Source of the DNA: Candidatus Marinacidobacterium sp.
Lineage (GTDB): Bacteria; Acidobacteriota; Vicinamibacteria; Marinacidobacterales; Marinacidobacteraceae
Assembly: GCA_965204755.1 (NCBI GenBank)
Contig: OZ242011.1
Coordinates: 3,040,001 to 3,104,000, forward strand
Reading direction: 5' to 3'
DNA length: 64,000 nucleotides
Positions within the stretch are counted from its first letter, which is position 1. Each line of letters opens with the position of its first letter. The translations under genes and the position numbers were made by a program. The notes under the pieces are model-generated. The model had not been told where the DNA came from. It searched no databases and saw nothing but the letters and a program-made list of their open reading frames with translations. This document shows, one piece after another, positions 48,950-59,347 of this stretch.

Positions 48950-51900
48950 GTGAGCGGGACGGGGAAGCGGCTGATCGAGGTCGCGTTCCCGTTGGAGCAG
49001 GTGTCCAAGGACTCCGTCCACGAGAAGAATGTGCGGCACGGGCATATCTCGACCCTGCACATCTGGCCGGCGCGGAGGCCGCTGGCGGCGAGTCGGGGGG
49101 TGGTTCTCTCGACGCTGTTGCCGGACCCGGGGGCCTCCGACCGGCGGCGGGTGCTGGAGCGGATGGCGGGGCATTGGACGGTGATCCGGGACGAGGACGG
49201 GGAGGTCGTCGACCGGGTGTGGAAGGACGGGATCTTCCATTGGGGGAAGGAGAACCGGCGGGAACTGGACGCCTTCCGGGAGGAAGTCCGCGAGGTGTTC
49301 GGGGGGCGGGCGCCGCGGGTGCTGGATCCGTTCGCGGGGGGCGGGGCGATTCCGTTGGAGGCGATGCGGCTGGGGTGCGAGGTGGAGGCGGCGGACCTGA
49401 ACCCGGTGGCCTGGTTCATCCTGCGGTGCGCGCTCCACTACCCGCGGCTCGCTTCGGGGGAGCGGCGGCTGCCGGAGTCCCTGTCGGCGTATCCGGCGTT
49501 CGGGGAGGCGCTTGGGTGGGCGGCCGACCGGGAGGCGGCGAGTCTCGGCGGGCGGCGGCGGGGGAGGAAGAGGAAGGCGGGCCCGGAGGCCGGCTCGGAG
49601 GCGGGGCCGGCGCTGCTGACACCCGGTCGGGCGGGCGCGCCGGCGGTTCCGTTCGCGTGGCACCTGCGGGCGTGGGGGGAGCGCGTTCTCGCGGGGGCGC
49701 GGCGGGAGGTCGCGGCGCGGTATCCGGTGTATGCGGACTTCGAGCCGAAACGGCGGAAGGGGCGGGGCTACGACTCGCCGGAGGTCGGTTTCGAGCCGCG
49801 GCCCATGCGGCAGTTGGAACCGGACGCCGAAGGGCTGGTTTCGGTGGAGGAGTTGAACCGGGAGTTCGGCGAGGAATACCTGGAGGACGAGCGGAATCCC
49901 CGGTGGGTGGCGAAACCGCCGGTGGCCTACCTGTGGGCGAGGACCGCGAAGTGCGCGGGGTGCCGGGCGGAAGTGCCGTTGTTGAAGACGCGATGGCTTT
50001 GCCGGAAACCCGAGGGCGCGAATCGGCCGGCGAAGCGCGTGCTCCTCGAGATGACGCCGCGGGCGGACGGGAGCGGGGTGGACTTCGGGCTCGATCTCGA
50101 AGTTCCGGAGGAAGCGGAGACTCCGGCGGCGCGGCGCGAGAGCGACCGGAAATTGGGCGCCGGGACGATGACCCGGCGGGGCGCGACCTGCCCGTGCTGC
50201 GGCGCGATCGCCACGATGGCCGACCTGCGGCTGGAAGGGCGGGCCGGGCGGCTCGGGGAGCGGATGACCGCGGTGGTGGTGGACGGCCAGCGGGGGAAGG
50301 AGTACCGGTTGCCTACGGAGGCGGAGTTCGCGGCGGCGGAGGTGGGCGAGGAGGAGTTGGAGGGGTTGTATGCGGGTATCCCGTTCGGACTTCCCGACGA
50401 GCCCACTCCGAGACCGGGGATGGGCGCGTCGCGCGCGTTTTCGGTGCGGGGTTACGGCTTCGACACCTGGCGGCGCCTGTTCACGAATCGGCAGTTGCTC
50501 GCCATCGGCATCCTGCTACGGGAGATCCGGGTCTGCGCCGAAGAGATGGACGGGTATCCCGAAGCGTGGCGCGAAGCGTTGTGGGTGACTCTCTCCGGCG
50601 CGCTGAGCAAGTTCACGGACTACAGCAGCGCCATCTGCTCCTGGCACAACAGCGGAGAAAAACTGAGGAGCACTTTCGCCCGCTTCGCGCTGCCGATCGT
50701 GTGGGACTACTGCGAAGTCAACACCCTGGCGGCGACTACCGGGGGATTCCTCGCCTCCGTCGAATGGGTGGCGCGGGTCATGGCGCACCTGACGGAGATC
50801 GAGAGCGCGAGTGCGCCTTCGGTGCAGCGGCGGTCGGCGATCGAGGCGATTCCCGGCGAGTTCGATCTCATCTGCACCGACCCGCCGTACTACGACGCGA
50901 TTCCCTACTCCGACCTGATGGACTTCTTCCACCTCTGGCTTCGCCGCGCGCTCCACGGCGTCTCGGAGGAAACCGACCGCGCGCTCGCCTCGGCGCTCGG
51001 CCCGAAGTGGGACGCGGACGCGAACGACGGGGAACTCATAGACGACGCCAACCGGTTCGACGGCAGCCGCGAAGCCTCGAAACGGAACTACGAGGACGGC
51101 ATGGCGCGGTGCTTCGCGCGGTTCCGCGACGCGCTGCGGGACGACGGCCGGTTCGTGGTCGTCTTCGCCAGCAAGGACCCGAACGCCTGGGAGACGCTGG
51201 TCTCCGCGATCATCCGCTCCGGTTTCGTGGTTTCCGCTTCGTGGCCGATCCAGACCGAGATGGCGACGCGCCAGCGGGGCCGGGCGTCGGCGGCGCTCGC
51301 CTCTTCGATCTGGCTGGTGTGCGGGAAGCGGCCGGCGGCCGCGAGGCGCGGCTGGGACCGCCAGGTGCTCCGGGCGATGCGCCGGAACATCCGGGAACAG
51401 TTGCATCGGTTCTGGGACGCGGGGATTCGCGGGCCGGACTTCGTATGGGCGGCCACCGGGCCGGCGCTCGAAGCGTTCAGCCGTCACCCGTTCGTCGAAA
51501 AGGCGGACGAAGAAGGCGAACGAATGGGCGTGGCGGAGTTCCTCGGGCAGGTCCGGCGCGAAGTCGTGGGCTTCGCGGTGAGCCGGGTGCTCGCCCGCGA
51601 AGAGGGAGGAGCGGATTCTTCCCTCGTCGAAGGCCTCGACGACCCGACCACCTACTACCTGCTGCACCGGAAGGACTTCGGGCTCGACCCGGCGCCGGCC
51701 GGCGCCTGCATCCTCTACTCGCTCTCCTGCGGCGTCTCCGACTCCGACCTCACCGGCCGCCTCGACTTCCTGGCCCGCAAGGAGTCTCGCGGCGGGAGCG
51801 AAGCGGAGGCCGAAGCGGACGACGACGACGGCGGCGCCGCCGGAGGCCGGATGCGGCTCAAACCGTGGGCCCGCCGCCGTCGGTCCGTCGGCGATCCCGG

Positions 51901-52225
51901 GGCGGACGGTTCGCCCCCGCCGTTGATCGACGCGCTGCATCGGACGATGCGCCTCTGGAGGGAGGGCGACCAGGGGAAGGTGGACGCCTACATCGCGCAA
52001 ACCGGGATCGCGGAGAGCGAACTGTTCGGGCGCGTCCTCCAGGCGGTGATCGAGATGGCGGAACCGGACTCGGAAGAACGCAGCCTGCTGGAATCCATCC
52101 GCAACCATGTCCCGGCATTCCGCGCCGCGGCCCCCGCGCCTTCGGGACCGCGGCCGGCGAGTCTGCCCTTCGCCGCGCCGGACGCTCCGGAACCATCCAC
52201 CCGATCCGCCGCCTCCGAGTCCTGA
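48950..52225 (+). CDS. DUF1156-family adenine-specific DNA methyltransferase
   Basis: KRLIEVAFPL, STLHIWPARRPLAASR, VLDPFAGGGAIPLEAMRLG, CxxC Zn ribbons, TDPPYYDAIPYSDL. Confidence 0.9.
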   Translation: MSGTGKRLIEVAFPLEQVSKDSVHEKNVRHGHISTLHIWPARRPLAASRGVVLSTLLPDPGASDRRRVLERMAGHWTVIRDEDGEVVDRVWKDGIFHWGKENRRELDAFREEVREVFGGRAPRVLDPFAGGGAIPLEAMRLGCEVEAADLNPVAWFILRCALHYPRLASGERRLPESLSAYPAFGEALGWAADREAASLGGRRRGRKRKAGPEAGSEAGPALLTPGRAGAPAVPFAWHLRAWGERVLAGARREVAARYPVYADFEPKRRKGRGYDSPEVGFEPRPMRQLEPDAEGLVSVEELNREFGEEYLEDERNPRWVAKPPVAYLWARTAKCAGCRAEVPLLKTRWLCRKPEGANRPAKRVLLEMTPRADGSGVDFGLDLEVPEEAETPAARRESDRKLGAGTMTRRGATCPCCGAIATMADLRLEGRAGRLGERMTAVVVDGQRGKEYRLPTEAEFAAAEVGEEELEGLYAGIPFGLPDEPTPRPGMGASRAFSVRGYGFDTWRRLFTNRQLLAIGILLREIRVCAEEMDGYPEAWREALWVTLSGALSKFTDYSSAICSWHNSGEKLRSTFARFALPIVWDYCEVNTLAATTGGFLASVEWVARVMAHLTEIESASAPSVQRRSAIEAIPGEFDLICTDPPYYDAIPYSDLMDFFHLWLRRALHGVSEETDRALASALGPKWDADANDGELIDDANRFDGSREASKRNYEDGMARCFARFRDALRDDGRFVVVFASKDPNAWETLVSAIIRSGFVVSASWPIQTEMATRQRGRASAALASSIWLVCGKRPAAARRGWDRQVLRAMRRNIREQLHRFWDAGIRGPDFVWAATGPALEAFSRHPFVEKADEEGERMGVAEFLGQVRREVVGFAVSRVLAREEGGADSSLVEGLDDPTTYYLLHRKDFGLDPAPAGACILYSLSCGVSDSDLTGRLDFLARKESRGGSEAEAEADDDDGGAAGGRMRLKPWARRRRSVGDPGADGSPPPLIDALHRTMRLWREGDQGKVDAYIAQTGIAESELFGRVLQAVIEMAEPDSEERSLLESIRNHVPAFRAAAPAPSGPRPASLPFAAPDAPEPSTRSAASES

Positions 52226-52292
52226 ACTACGGGGGCTCCGGTATCCGGCCCCCCGGCCGGCATGACCGGTTGGGCGAAGGGGACTGACTCGG

Positions 52293-52414
52293 CGGGGTGG
52301 CGCGCGGTGGGGCCTCCCTTCCGGCCGGAACCGGCAACCCCGCCTATCACCAAGCATCCCGAAGGAACGGGTCACGGGCGGGAGAATTTCGCCGTGCGTC
52401 GCGCGCGCCGCCCG
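52293..52414 (+). ncRNA. Putative structured RNA family B, copy 5 (not next to a nuclease gene)
   Basis: GGCGCGC/GCGCGCC compensatory closing stem, GGUGGGG/CCCCGCC, CUCCC/GGGAG. Confidence 0.6.
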
Positions 52415-52542
52415 GAGCCGAAGCCAAGCCGGGAGTGATTCGCGGCGAGGGGGGCTCGCTGCCCGCCGCCCCCTACTATTTCCCTTCCACTTTCCTTCCC
52501 CGTCGGGCCCTCCGCCGGTCCGGCCGTTCGCCGGGAGGCCCG

Positions 52543-55500
52543 ATGGCACACGACACTTCGACAACGACGCCGCCGGAGCGGCGGCCCGCTTCCCGGGCGC
52601 GGCTGCCGCTCCTCCTCGCCCTGTGCGCCCTCGCCGCTCCCGGCGCGCCGGCAACCGCGCAGGAAACCGCGCCGCCGGTCTTCGACGACCTCCGGCTGCG
52701 CTCCATCGGCCCGGCGGTGATGGCCGGACGGGTCTCCGCGCTGGAAGTCGTTCCCGGCCGTCCGCACGAGTTCTACATCGGGACGGCGTCCGGCGGCCTC
52801 TTCCGGACGCGGAACAACGGCGCGACCTGGGACGCGCTCTTCGAGCGCTACACCACGACCTCCATCGGGGCGCTGGCGCTCGCGCCTTCCGACCCGGCGA
52901 CGGTCTGGGTGGGAACCGGCGAGCCGGCGAACCGCCAGAGTTCCTCTTTCGGCGACGGCGTATACCTCTCGTTCGACGCCGGGGAGAGTTTCACCCGAGT
53001 CGGGCTCGAAGAGAGCGAACACATCGGCCGCATCGTGGTGGACCCGCAGCGGCCGCGCCGCGCGTTCGTGGCCGCGCTCGGCCCGCTCTGGCGCTCCGGC
53101 GGCGACCGGGGCGTCTTCCTCACCGAAGACGGCGGCGCGACTTGGCGGCATTCGCTCGCCATCTCGGAAGACACCGGCGCGGTGGACCTGGAGATGGACC
53201 CGACGAATCCCTCGATCCTCTACGCCGCGGCCTATACCCGCCGAAGAACTCCCTGGGGTTTCAACGGCGGCGGGCCGGAAGGCGGCATCTACCGCACCAC
53301 CGACGGCGGCGCCACCTGGTCGCGCCTCGCCGGGGGTTTGCCGGAAGGCCCGGTCGGCCGCATCGGCCTGGAGATCGTGGAATCGAACCCGACGGTGGTG
53401 TACGCGACGGTGGAGCACGCCACCGAGTCGGGAACCTGGCGCTCGGAGGATCGGGGCGGGACCTGGGAGCGGATCTCCGACCTGAACCCCCGCCCGATGT
53501 ACTACTCGCACATCGAAGTGGATCCGGCGGATCCGCGCCGGGTGTATGTCCTCGGCGCGCAGTTCCACCTGTCGGACGACGGCGGACGCACCTTCCGCGA
53601 AAACCGCGACATGACGCCGACCTACGACATCGGCGTGCACGGCGACCACCACGCCCTGTGGATGGATCCGGAGAACGGTGACCACCTGCTGCTCGGCGGC
53701 GACGGCGGCGTGTACGAGTCCTGGGACCGCGCGGTCTCCTGGCGCAAGATCAACAACCTCCCGCTCACCCAGTACTACGCGATCTCGCTGGATATGGAAA
53801 CTCCGTACAACATCTACGGCGGCGCGCAGGACACCCATTCCTGGGTCGGCCCGTCGGCCACGCGCAACCAGGCCGGCATCCTGAACTCGGACTGGAAGCA
53901 GACGAACTTCGGCGACGGCATGGACCAGGCCGCCGCGCCCGACGAACCGGGTCTCGCGTTCACTTCGTCGCAGAACGGGAACATCGTCCGCATCGACACG
54001 GCGAACGGGCAGCGCCTGACCGCGCGTCCGTTCCCCGAGGAGGACGAAGACCGCTACCGCTTCCATTGGCTATCGCCGATGGACACTTCGCCGCACCGCG
54101 CCGGCCGGGTGTACTTCGGCGGCAACCGGATGTTCCTCTCGGACGACTTCGGCGCGGTCTGGCGCGCCACCGAAGACCTGACGCTCCGGGAAGACCGGAG
54201 CGAGTTGCCCATCCTCGGCGTCCTACCGGCGGAAGGAATCCTCTCGATGCACGACGGCGTGTCGCACTGGGGAACGCTCACCACGCTGGCGGAATCCCCG
54301 CTGGTTCCCGGCCTGCTCTACGCGGGCTCGGACGACGGCCGGGTATCGCGGTCCGACGACGACGGCGCGACCTGGGTGTTCCTCGAAGACAACCTGCCGA
54401 CGGAGACCCTCCGAGCCACGATCAGCCGGGTCACGCCGTCCTCCCACGAACCGGACCGGCTCTATGTCGCGGTGGACCGCCACCATTCGGGTGACTTCGC
54501 GCCGCTGGCGTTCGTTTCCGAGGATCGCGGCGAAACCTTCCGGGAGATCGGCGGCGGCCTGCCGCGCGGCTGGGTGAACGACCTGGTGGAGCACCCGGAC
54601 GGCGCCGACCTGCTCGTGGCCGGGACGGAAGTCGGGGCTTTCGTTTCGTTCGACCGGGGCGGTTCGTGGATGCGGCTGGGCGGCGGGCTGCCCCATGCGC
54701 CGGTGGACGACATCGAAATCCACCCGCGCGACCGGGACCTGGTGCTCGGCACGCACGGCCGGTCGATCTACATCCTCGACGACAGCGCCCCGCTCGCCCG
54801 GCATGATCCGGACGCCGGCGTCCAACTCTTCGAGCCGCGCCCGGCGCTCGTGTACCTCCCCTGGAAGCACGAGAGTTACGAGGCGCAGGCGCGCTACGCC
54901 GGGGAGAACCCGCCGGCGGGCGCGCTGCTGACGGTGTTCCTGCCCGAGGGCGCCGTCGCGGGGACGCCGCCGGAGATGGAAGTCCGGAACTCCGGGAAGG
55001 TGGTGGCCCGCCCGACCGTCGAGGCGCGGGCGGGCTTCCAGCGCGTCGTCTGGGACTTGGCCGCCGCTCCCGAAGACACCGCGTCCGGGTCGGCGGAATC
55101 CGGAGGCGAAGACGACTGCGCCATCCCCGGCCCGCGCGCCGCCGTCGGCCGCTATACCGTCCGGTTGACCGCGGGCGGCGTGGAACGGGAAGCGCCGCTC
55201 GAAGTGCGCCTCGACCCCTCGGTTACCGTGAGCGAAGCGGCCTACGCCGAGCGGACGGGTTTCCTGCTGGACATCCGCAACACGCTGGTGGAGGCCTGCC
55301 GCGCCGCCGCGCCGTTCGCCGACGCGAACGAAGACGAGTTCACCGAGGCGCAGCGCTCTGCGCTCACGGACCTCCGCTCCGGCGGCGGCTTCCGCAACCC
55401 TTCCGCCCGCTCCCGCCTCGCCCGCCTCTACTCCGAGTTCACCGGCGACCGCGTCCGCCAGGGCACGCTCGACGCCCCCACCCCGGTGCATCGCCGCCGC

Positions 55501-55557
55501 TTCGCCTCCCTCCGTTCGCGCCTCCTCGCCGCCGCCGGCCTCCTCGAATCCCGCTGA
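52543..55557 (+). CDS. Secreted BNR/Asp-box (VPS10/sortilin-like) beta-propeller glycosyl hydrolase-like protein
   Basis: RSIGPAVMAGRV, repeated S/TxDGGxTW Asp-boxes, HGDHHALW, GTHGRSIYILDD; GGAGG RBS before ATG 52543. Confidence 0.88.
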   Translation: MAHDTSTTTPPERRPASRARLPLLLALCALAAPGAPATAQETAPPVFDDLRLRSIGPAVMAGRVSALEVVPGRPHEFYIGTASGGLFRTRNNGATWDALFERYTTTSIGALALAPSDPATVWVGTGEPANRQSSSFGDGVYLSFDAGESFTRVGLEESEHIGRIVVDPQRPRRAFVAALGPLWRSGGDRGVFLTEDGGATWRHSLAISEDTGAVDLEMDPTNPSILYAAAYTRRRTPWGFNGGGPEGGIYRTTDGGATWSRLAGGLPEGPVGRIGLEIVESNPTVVYATVEHATESGTWRSEDRGGTWERISDLNPRPMYYSHIEVDPADPRRVYVLGAQFHLSDDGGRTFRENRDMTPTYDIGVHGDHHALWMDPENGDHLLLGGDGGVYESWDRAVSWRKINNLPLTQYYAISLDMETPYNIYGGAQDTHSWVGPSATRNQAGILNSDWKQTNFGDGMDQAAAPDEPGLAFTSSQNGNIVRIDTANGQRLTARPFPEEDEDRYRFHWLSPMDTSPHRAGRVYFGGNRMFLSDDFGAVWRATEDLTLREDRSELPILGVLPAEGILSMHDGVSHWGTLTTLAESPLVPGLLYAGSDDGRVSRSDDDGATWVFLEDNLPTETLRATISRVTPSSHEPDRLYVAVDRHHSGDFAPLAFVSEDRGETFREIGGGLPRGWVNDLVEHPDGADLLVAGTEVGAFVSFDRGGSWMRLGGGLPHAPVDDIEIHPRDRDLVLGTHGRSIYILDDSAPLARHDPDAGVQLFEPRPALVYLPWKHESYEAQARYAGENPPAGALLTVFLPEGAVAGTPPEMEVRNSGKVVARPTVEARAGFQRVVWDLAAAPEDTASGSAESGGEDDCAIPGPRAAVGRYTVRLTAGGVEREAPLEVRLDPSVTVSEAAYAERTGFLLDIRNTLVEACRAAAPFADANEDEFTEAQRSALTDLRSGGGFRNPSARSRLARLYSEFTGDRVRQGTLDAPTPVHRRRFASLRSRLLAAAGLLESR

Positions 55558-55599
55558 CCCTTCGTTCGCTTGCGCCCCGACCTTCGCCGAAGCCCCGAC

Positions 55600-57390
55600 A
55601 TGAAGATCCTCCACTACCTCGAGATCGAGAACTTCAAGCGGTTCGGCGAGCGCCAACGCATCGAACTCGACCACCCGACCGTCCTGATCGGCCCGAACGA
55701 CTGCGGCAAGACCACCGCCCTCCAGGCCATCGCCCTCTGGTCGCACGCCGTCCGCCACTGGTGGGACGCGAAGGGAGCGAACGCTCGCCGGGACGCGCCC
55801 GCCTCGCTGGTCCGGTCGGAGATCGTCTCGGTTCCGGTGCGTCGGACGCGCCACTACTGGCGCAACCTCGTCGCAAGGAAGGGCAACCGCGAGGTCCCGC
55901 TGCGTATCGCCGTGGGAATGGAGCAGGACGGCAAGGTCGAACCCGTGGCGATGCGGTTTCGCAGCCACGGAGACGACCTCGTGTACTGCGTTCCCGAAGA
56001 GGAGACCCTGGCGAACCGCGATCTGCTCCGTTCCGCCTCGCGGGTGAAGGTGGACCTGCTGTATCCCATGTCGGGACTCGAAATGGACGAGCCGGTGCTC
56101 CTGCCGCGGCGCATCGACGCGTTGCTGGGGCAGGGACAGACCGCCTCGATCCTCCGAAATGTCTGCCTGGAGGCGCGCGGCTCCTCGGAGGACGACTGGC
56201 GCGAGGTCACGCATCGGATGCGGCGCCTGTTCGCAGTCGAACTCGGTGAACCGGTGGCGAACGCTCGCGGAGGCATCACGCTCGAGTATCGCCGGGCCGG
56301 AGCCCGCGAACCGCTCGATGTCTCCTCGGCCGGCCGCGGACTGCAGCAGGTACTGCTGCTCCTCGCTTATCTCTACTCCGATCGTGGTCGAGTCCTCCTG
56401 ATCGACGAACCGGACGCCCACCTGGAACTGCTCCGCCAGAGGCAGGTGCATGTGCTGCTCCGGGATCTCGCCGCGAAGCGCGGCACCCAGATCGTGCTGG
56501 CCACGCATTCCGAAGAAGTGTTGCGGGAGGCGCTCGACCACAACCTCACGCTCCTGCTCGACGGCCGCGCGGAGTCGTTGGCCGGTAAGGGCGAAATCGT
56601 CGACGCGCTGCGCCACTTCGGGGCGGAGCACTATGTCCGGGCGCGGCAGAGCGGGTATGTGCTCTATCTCGAAGGGCGGACCGACCTCGACCTCCTGCGG
56701 GCGCTCGCGGAACACTCGGGGCATGCGGTCCTCGACCGCTGGGACGAGATGCCCAATGTGTTCTTCGTCCGCGACAACTACCCCGATCCCGACGCGGACT
56801 CCGAGTTGGAACGGGTGGAGGGAGGCTACGGCGTCACGCCGCGGAAGCACTTCTTCGGCATCCGCGACATGGCGCGGGGCCTTCCTGGACTCGCGATCCT
56901 CGACAGCAAGGGCCGTTCCCCCAGCGACACGGACGACGGCGGCCTTCGTATCGCCTACTGGCGGCGCTACGAGATCGAGAACTACTTCATCACGCCCGCG
57001 GTGCTGGAGGCATATGCGCTCTCCCGTTACGGGGACGCGACCCTCTTCGCCGGGTTCCGTACCGAGATCGAGTCCGTCTTGGACACGGTGGTCCGGGAGC
57101 GCGTGTTCGGGGGCAACGAACGCGACTTTCTCACTTGGAAGGGTCTCGCCGAAGACGCCGCCCGGCTCCTGTGGGAAGCCCGGACCGAACGACTGAAGGT
57201 CAGCGCGGTGGCGGAAGCGTTCTTCGAGGCCTTGGCGGAGCGCCTGAACCGCCCGGTCCTGCTGCGCAAGCGCGACTTCCGCGACTTGGTTCCGTTCGCT
57301 TCCCGCGAGGCGATTCCGGCAGAGGTCGGAGAGAAGTTGGATCTGCTGAAGAGCCTCTTCGAACGCGCAGAACCCGGGATCGTGGAGTAG
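55600..57390 (+). CDS. ABC-type ATPase fused to a TOPRIM-like domain (OLD/PARIS-like)
   Basis: IENFKRF, IGPNDCGKTT, SSAGRG, LIDEPDAHL, LATHS; LYLEGRTD, ILDS, RYEIENYF. Confidence 0.75.
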   Translation: MKILHYLEIENFKRFGERQRIELDHPTVLIGPNDCGKTTALQAIALWSHAVRHWWDAKGANARRDAPASLVRSEIVSVPVRRTRHYWRNLVARKGNREVPLRIAVGMEQDGKVEPVAMRFRSHGDDLVYCVPEEETLANRDLLRSASRVKVDLLYPMSGLEMDEPVLLPRRIDALLGQGQTASILRNVCLEARGSSEDDWREVTHRMRRLFAVELGEPVANARGGITLEYRRAGAREPLDVSSAGRGLQQVLLLLAYLYSDRGRVLLIDEPDAHLELLRQRQVHVLLRDLAAKRGTQIVLATHSEEVLREALDHNLTLLLDGRAESLAGKGEIVDALRHFGAEHYVRARQSGYVLYLEGRTDLDLLRALAEHSGHAVLDRWDEMPNVFFVRDNYPDPDADSELERVEGGYGVTPRKHFFGIRDMARGLPGLAILDSKGRSPSDTDDGGLRIAYWRRYEIENYFITPAVLEAYALSRYGDATLFAGFRTEIESVLDTVVRERVFGGNERDFLTWKGLAEDAARLLWEARTERLKVSAVAEAFFEALAERLNRPVLLRKRDFRDLVPFASREAIPAEVGEKLDLLKSLFERAEPGIVE

Positions 57391-57399
57391 CCTTCCCGA

Positions 57400-58635
57400 A
57401 TGCTCTTCCACGAACTGCGCCTTTCCGGTCTGCTCTCCTTCGGTCCGGACGGCGTCTCGCTGCCGATGAAGCCGCTCAATGTGCTGATCGGCCCGAACGG
57501 TTCCGGCAAGTCCAACTTCCTGGAAGCGATCTCCTTGTTCCGCGCGGCGCCGGGGGAAGTCACCGCGCCGATATCGCGCAGCGGAGGCATCCGCGAGTGG
57601 CGTTGGAAGGGGGACGGTCCCGGGGCCAACCTGAGACTCCACGCCCGTTTGGATGTGCCGGGCGTCGGTGAAGTGCAGCACGAAATCGCGTTCGGTGAAC
57701 GCGAGGGCGCCACGGTCGTTACGGAAGAGATGCTTCGGTGTTGCGGACCGGATGACCCGGAGAACTTGCAGAGCCGCTATTCCCGCCCTCCGTGGTCGAC
57801 GATTCTCGTGCGGCGCATCGCGCGGCTCACAGAAGCGAAAGGAGAGGATGCCACGAAGAATCCGGAAACAGCCGATCGTGTTTCCCGAGAGTCCCGGGAA
57901 ACCGCACGATCGGTGGACTACGCGGAGGACTTGCGTCCAAGGGAGTCCATCCTGTGCTTGGCTGCCACGCCCGACCATCCGGTGCCGTGGCGCGTGAAGG
58001 AGCAATACGAAGGCATCCGGATGTATCGCAACTGGTCGTTCGGCCCGAACGCCGAGGTGCGTGTTCCGGCCAGCGCTCACGACCGCAGCGACTTTCTCGA
58101 GGAAGACGCCGGTAATTTGGCGCTCGTTCTGTCGCACCTGCAAGGAGAGCGGAAGAGGAAGTTTCTGGGGGCCGCCGGCCGATTGTTCGAGGGGATCGTG
58201 GACTTCCGCTGTCCGGTTACCGGCGGCGTCGTCTCGCTGTTCCTCGAGGAGGGCGACGGACGGATCATCCCGGCGAGCCGTCTGTCGGGCGGGACACTGC
58301 GCTACCTGAGCCTCCTCGCGATCCTCCTCCACCCGGAGCCGCCGCCCGTCATCTGCATCGAAGAACCGGAATTGGGTCTGCACCCGGACCTGTTGCCGAC
58401 CCTGTGCGACCTGATGCGGGAGGCTTCGGCGCACAGTCAGTTGATCGTCACGACCCACTCCGACATCTTGGTGGATGCGTTGACCGAGGAGCCGGAGGCC
58501 GTCGTCGTCGTCGAGAAGGAGGAAGGGCAGTCCACCATGCGCCGGCTCGACGGCGAGAACCTCGCGAAGTGGATCGAGAACTACGGACTGGGCGAACTGT
58601 GGATTTCCGGCGAGTTGGGCGGGAATCGCTGGTGA
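57400..58635 (+). CDS. AAA_21-type ABC ATPase
   Basis: LIGPNGSGKSN, LSGGTLRYL, IEEPELGLHP, TTHS, C-terminal LGELWISGELGG. Confidence 0.88.
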   Translation: MLFHELRLSGLLSFGPDGVSLPMKPLNVLIGPNGSGKSNFLEAISLFRAAPGEVTAPISRSGGIREWRWKGDGPGANLRLHARLDVPGVGEVQHEIAFGEREGATVVTEEMLRCCGPDDPENLQSRYSRPPWSTILVRRIARLTEAKGEDATKNPETADRVSRESRETARSVDYAEDLRPRESILCLAATPDHPVPWRVKEQYEGIRMYRNWSFGPNAEVRVPASAHDRSDFLEEDAGNLALVLSHLQGERKRKFLGAAGRLFEGIVDFRCPVTGGVVSLFLEEGDGRIIPASRLSGGTLRYLSLLAILLHPEPPPVICIEEPELGLHPDLLPTLCDLMREASAHSQLIVTTHSDILVDALTEEPEAVVVVEKEEGQSTMRRLDGENLAKWIENYGLGELWISGELGGNRW

Positions 58636-59261
58636 AGGTCACCCTCTACATCGAAGGCGGCGGAGAGGGCAAGAGGAACTCCTTCCGGTTCCGGGAGGCG
58701 TGGCGTTCGTTCTTCGAGGCCGCCGGCTTGGGCGGCCGGCTGCCGAAAGTGATTCGATGCGGATCCCGCAACGAGACCTATCGGCGTTTCTCCACGGCCG
58801 TAGAGGACGAGGACTCCGAACGAGTCCCGATCCTCTTGGTGGACAGCGAAGCGTCGGTGGCGTCGGGGCATTCGGTCTGGCGGCACCTGAGGGATCGGGA
58901 CGGCTGGACCCGCCCCGCGGGAGCGGGGGACGATTGCGCCTTCCTGATGGTGCAGTTCATGGAGACTTGGCTCGTCGCCGACCGGGCCGCGCTCCGGAGT
59001 TACTTCGGAAAGGATTTCCGACCGAACGCGATTCCGTCGTGGCCCCGGTTGGAGGATGTTCCGAAGTCGGATGTCATGAAGGCGTTGAAGAGCGCCACGG
59101 CAGCGTGCCCGAGCCCGTACGCCAAAGGGCGAGTCTCCTTCGAACTCCTGACGAGGACGGACCCGTCCATCGTGGAGCGGGAGTGTCCGAACGCGCGGCG
59201 ACTTCTCGAACATCTTCGGGGTTCGACCAGCGGGTCATCGGGCGACTCCGCGGCCCCGTAG
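58632..59261 (+). CDS. DUF4276-family (TOPRIM-like) protein
   Basis: LYIEGGG, CGSR, LLVDSE, MVQFMETWLVAD, YAKG; GTGA overlap with the ATPase. Confidence 0.8.
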   Translation: MKVTLYIEGGGEGKRNSFRFREAWRSFFEAAGLGGRLPKVIRCGSRNETYRRFSTAVEDEDSERVPILLVDSEASVASGHSVWRHLRDRDGWTRPAGAGDDCAFLMVQFMETWLVADRAALRSYFGKDFRPNAIPSWPRLEDVPKSDVMKALKSATAACPSPYAKGRVSFELLTRTDPSIVERECPNARRLLEHLRGSTSGSSGDSAAP

Positions 59262-59347
59262 TCGTCGGGACCCGCCGCCGGCCCGGCAGCGCGACGGGTG
59301 GAGAGCGGCAACGGTGCTCGCCTCATCGAAGGCGCCGTACTGACGCC

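Noticed and set aside
52297-52542. N-terminal extension of the BNR protein from GTG 52297
   Set aside because: It overlaps family B copy 5; ATG 52543 has a GGAGG RBS and leads into a signal peptide
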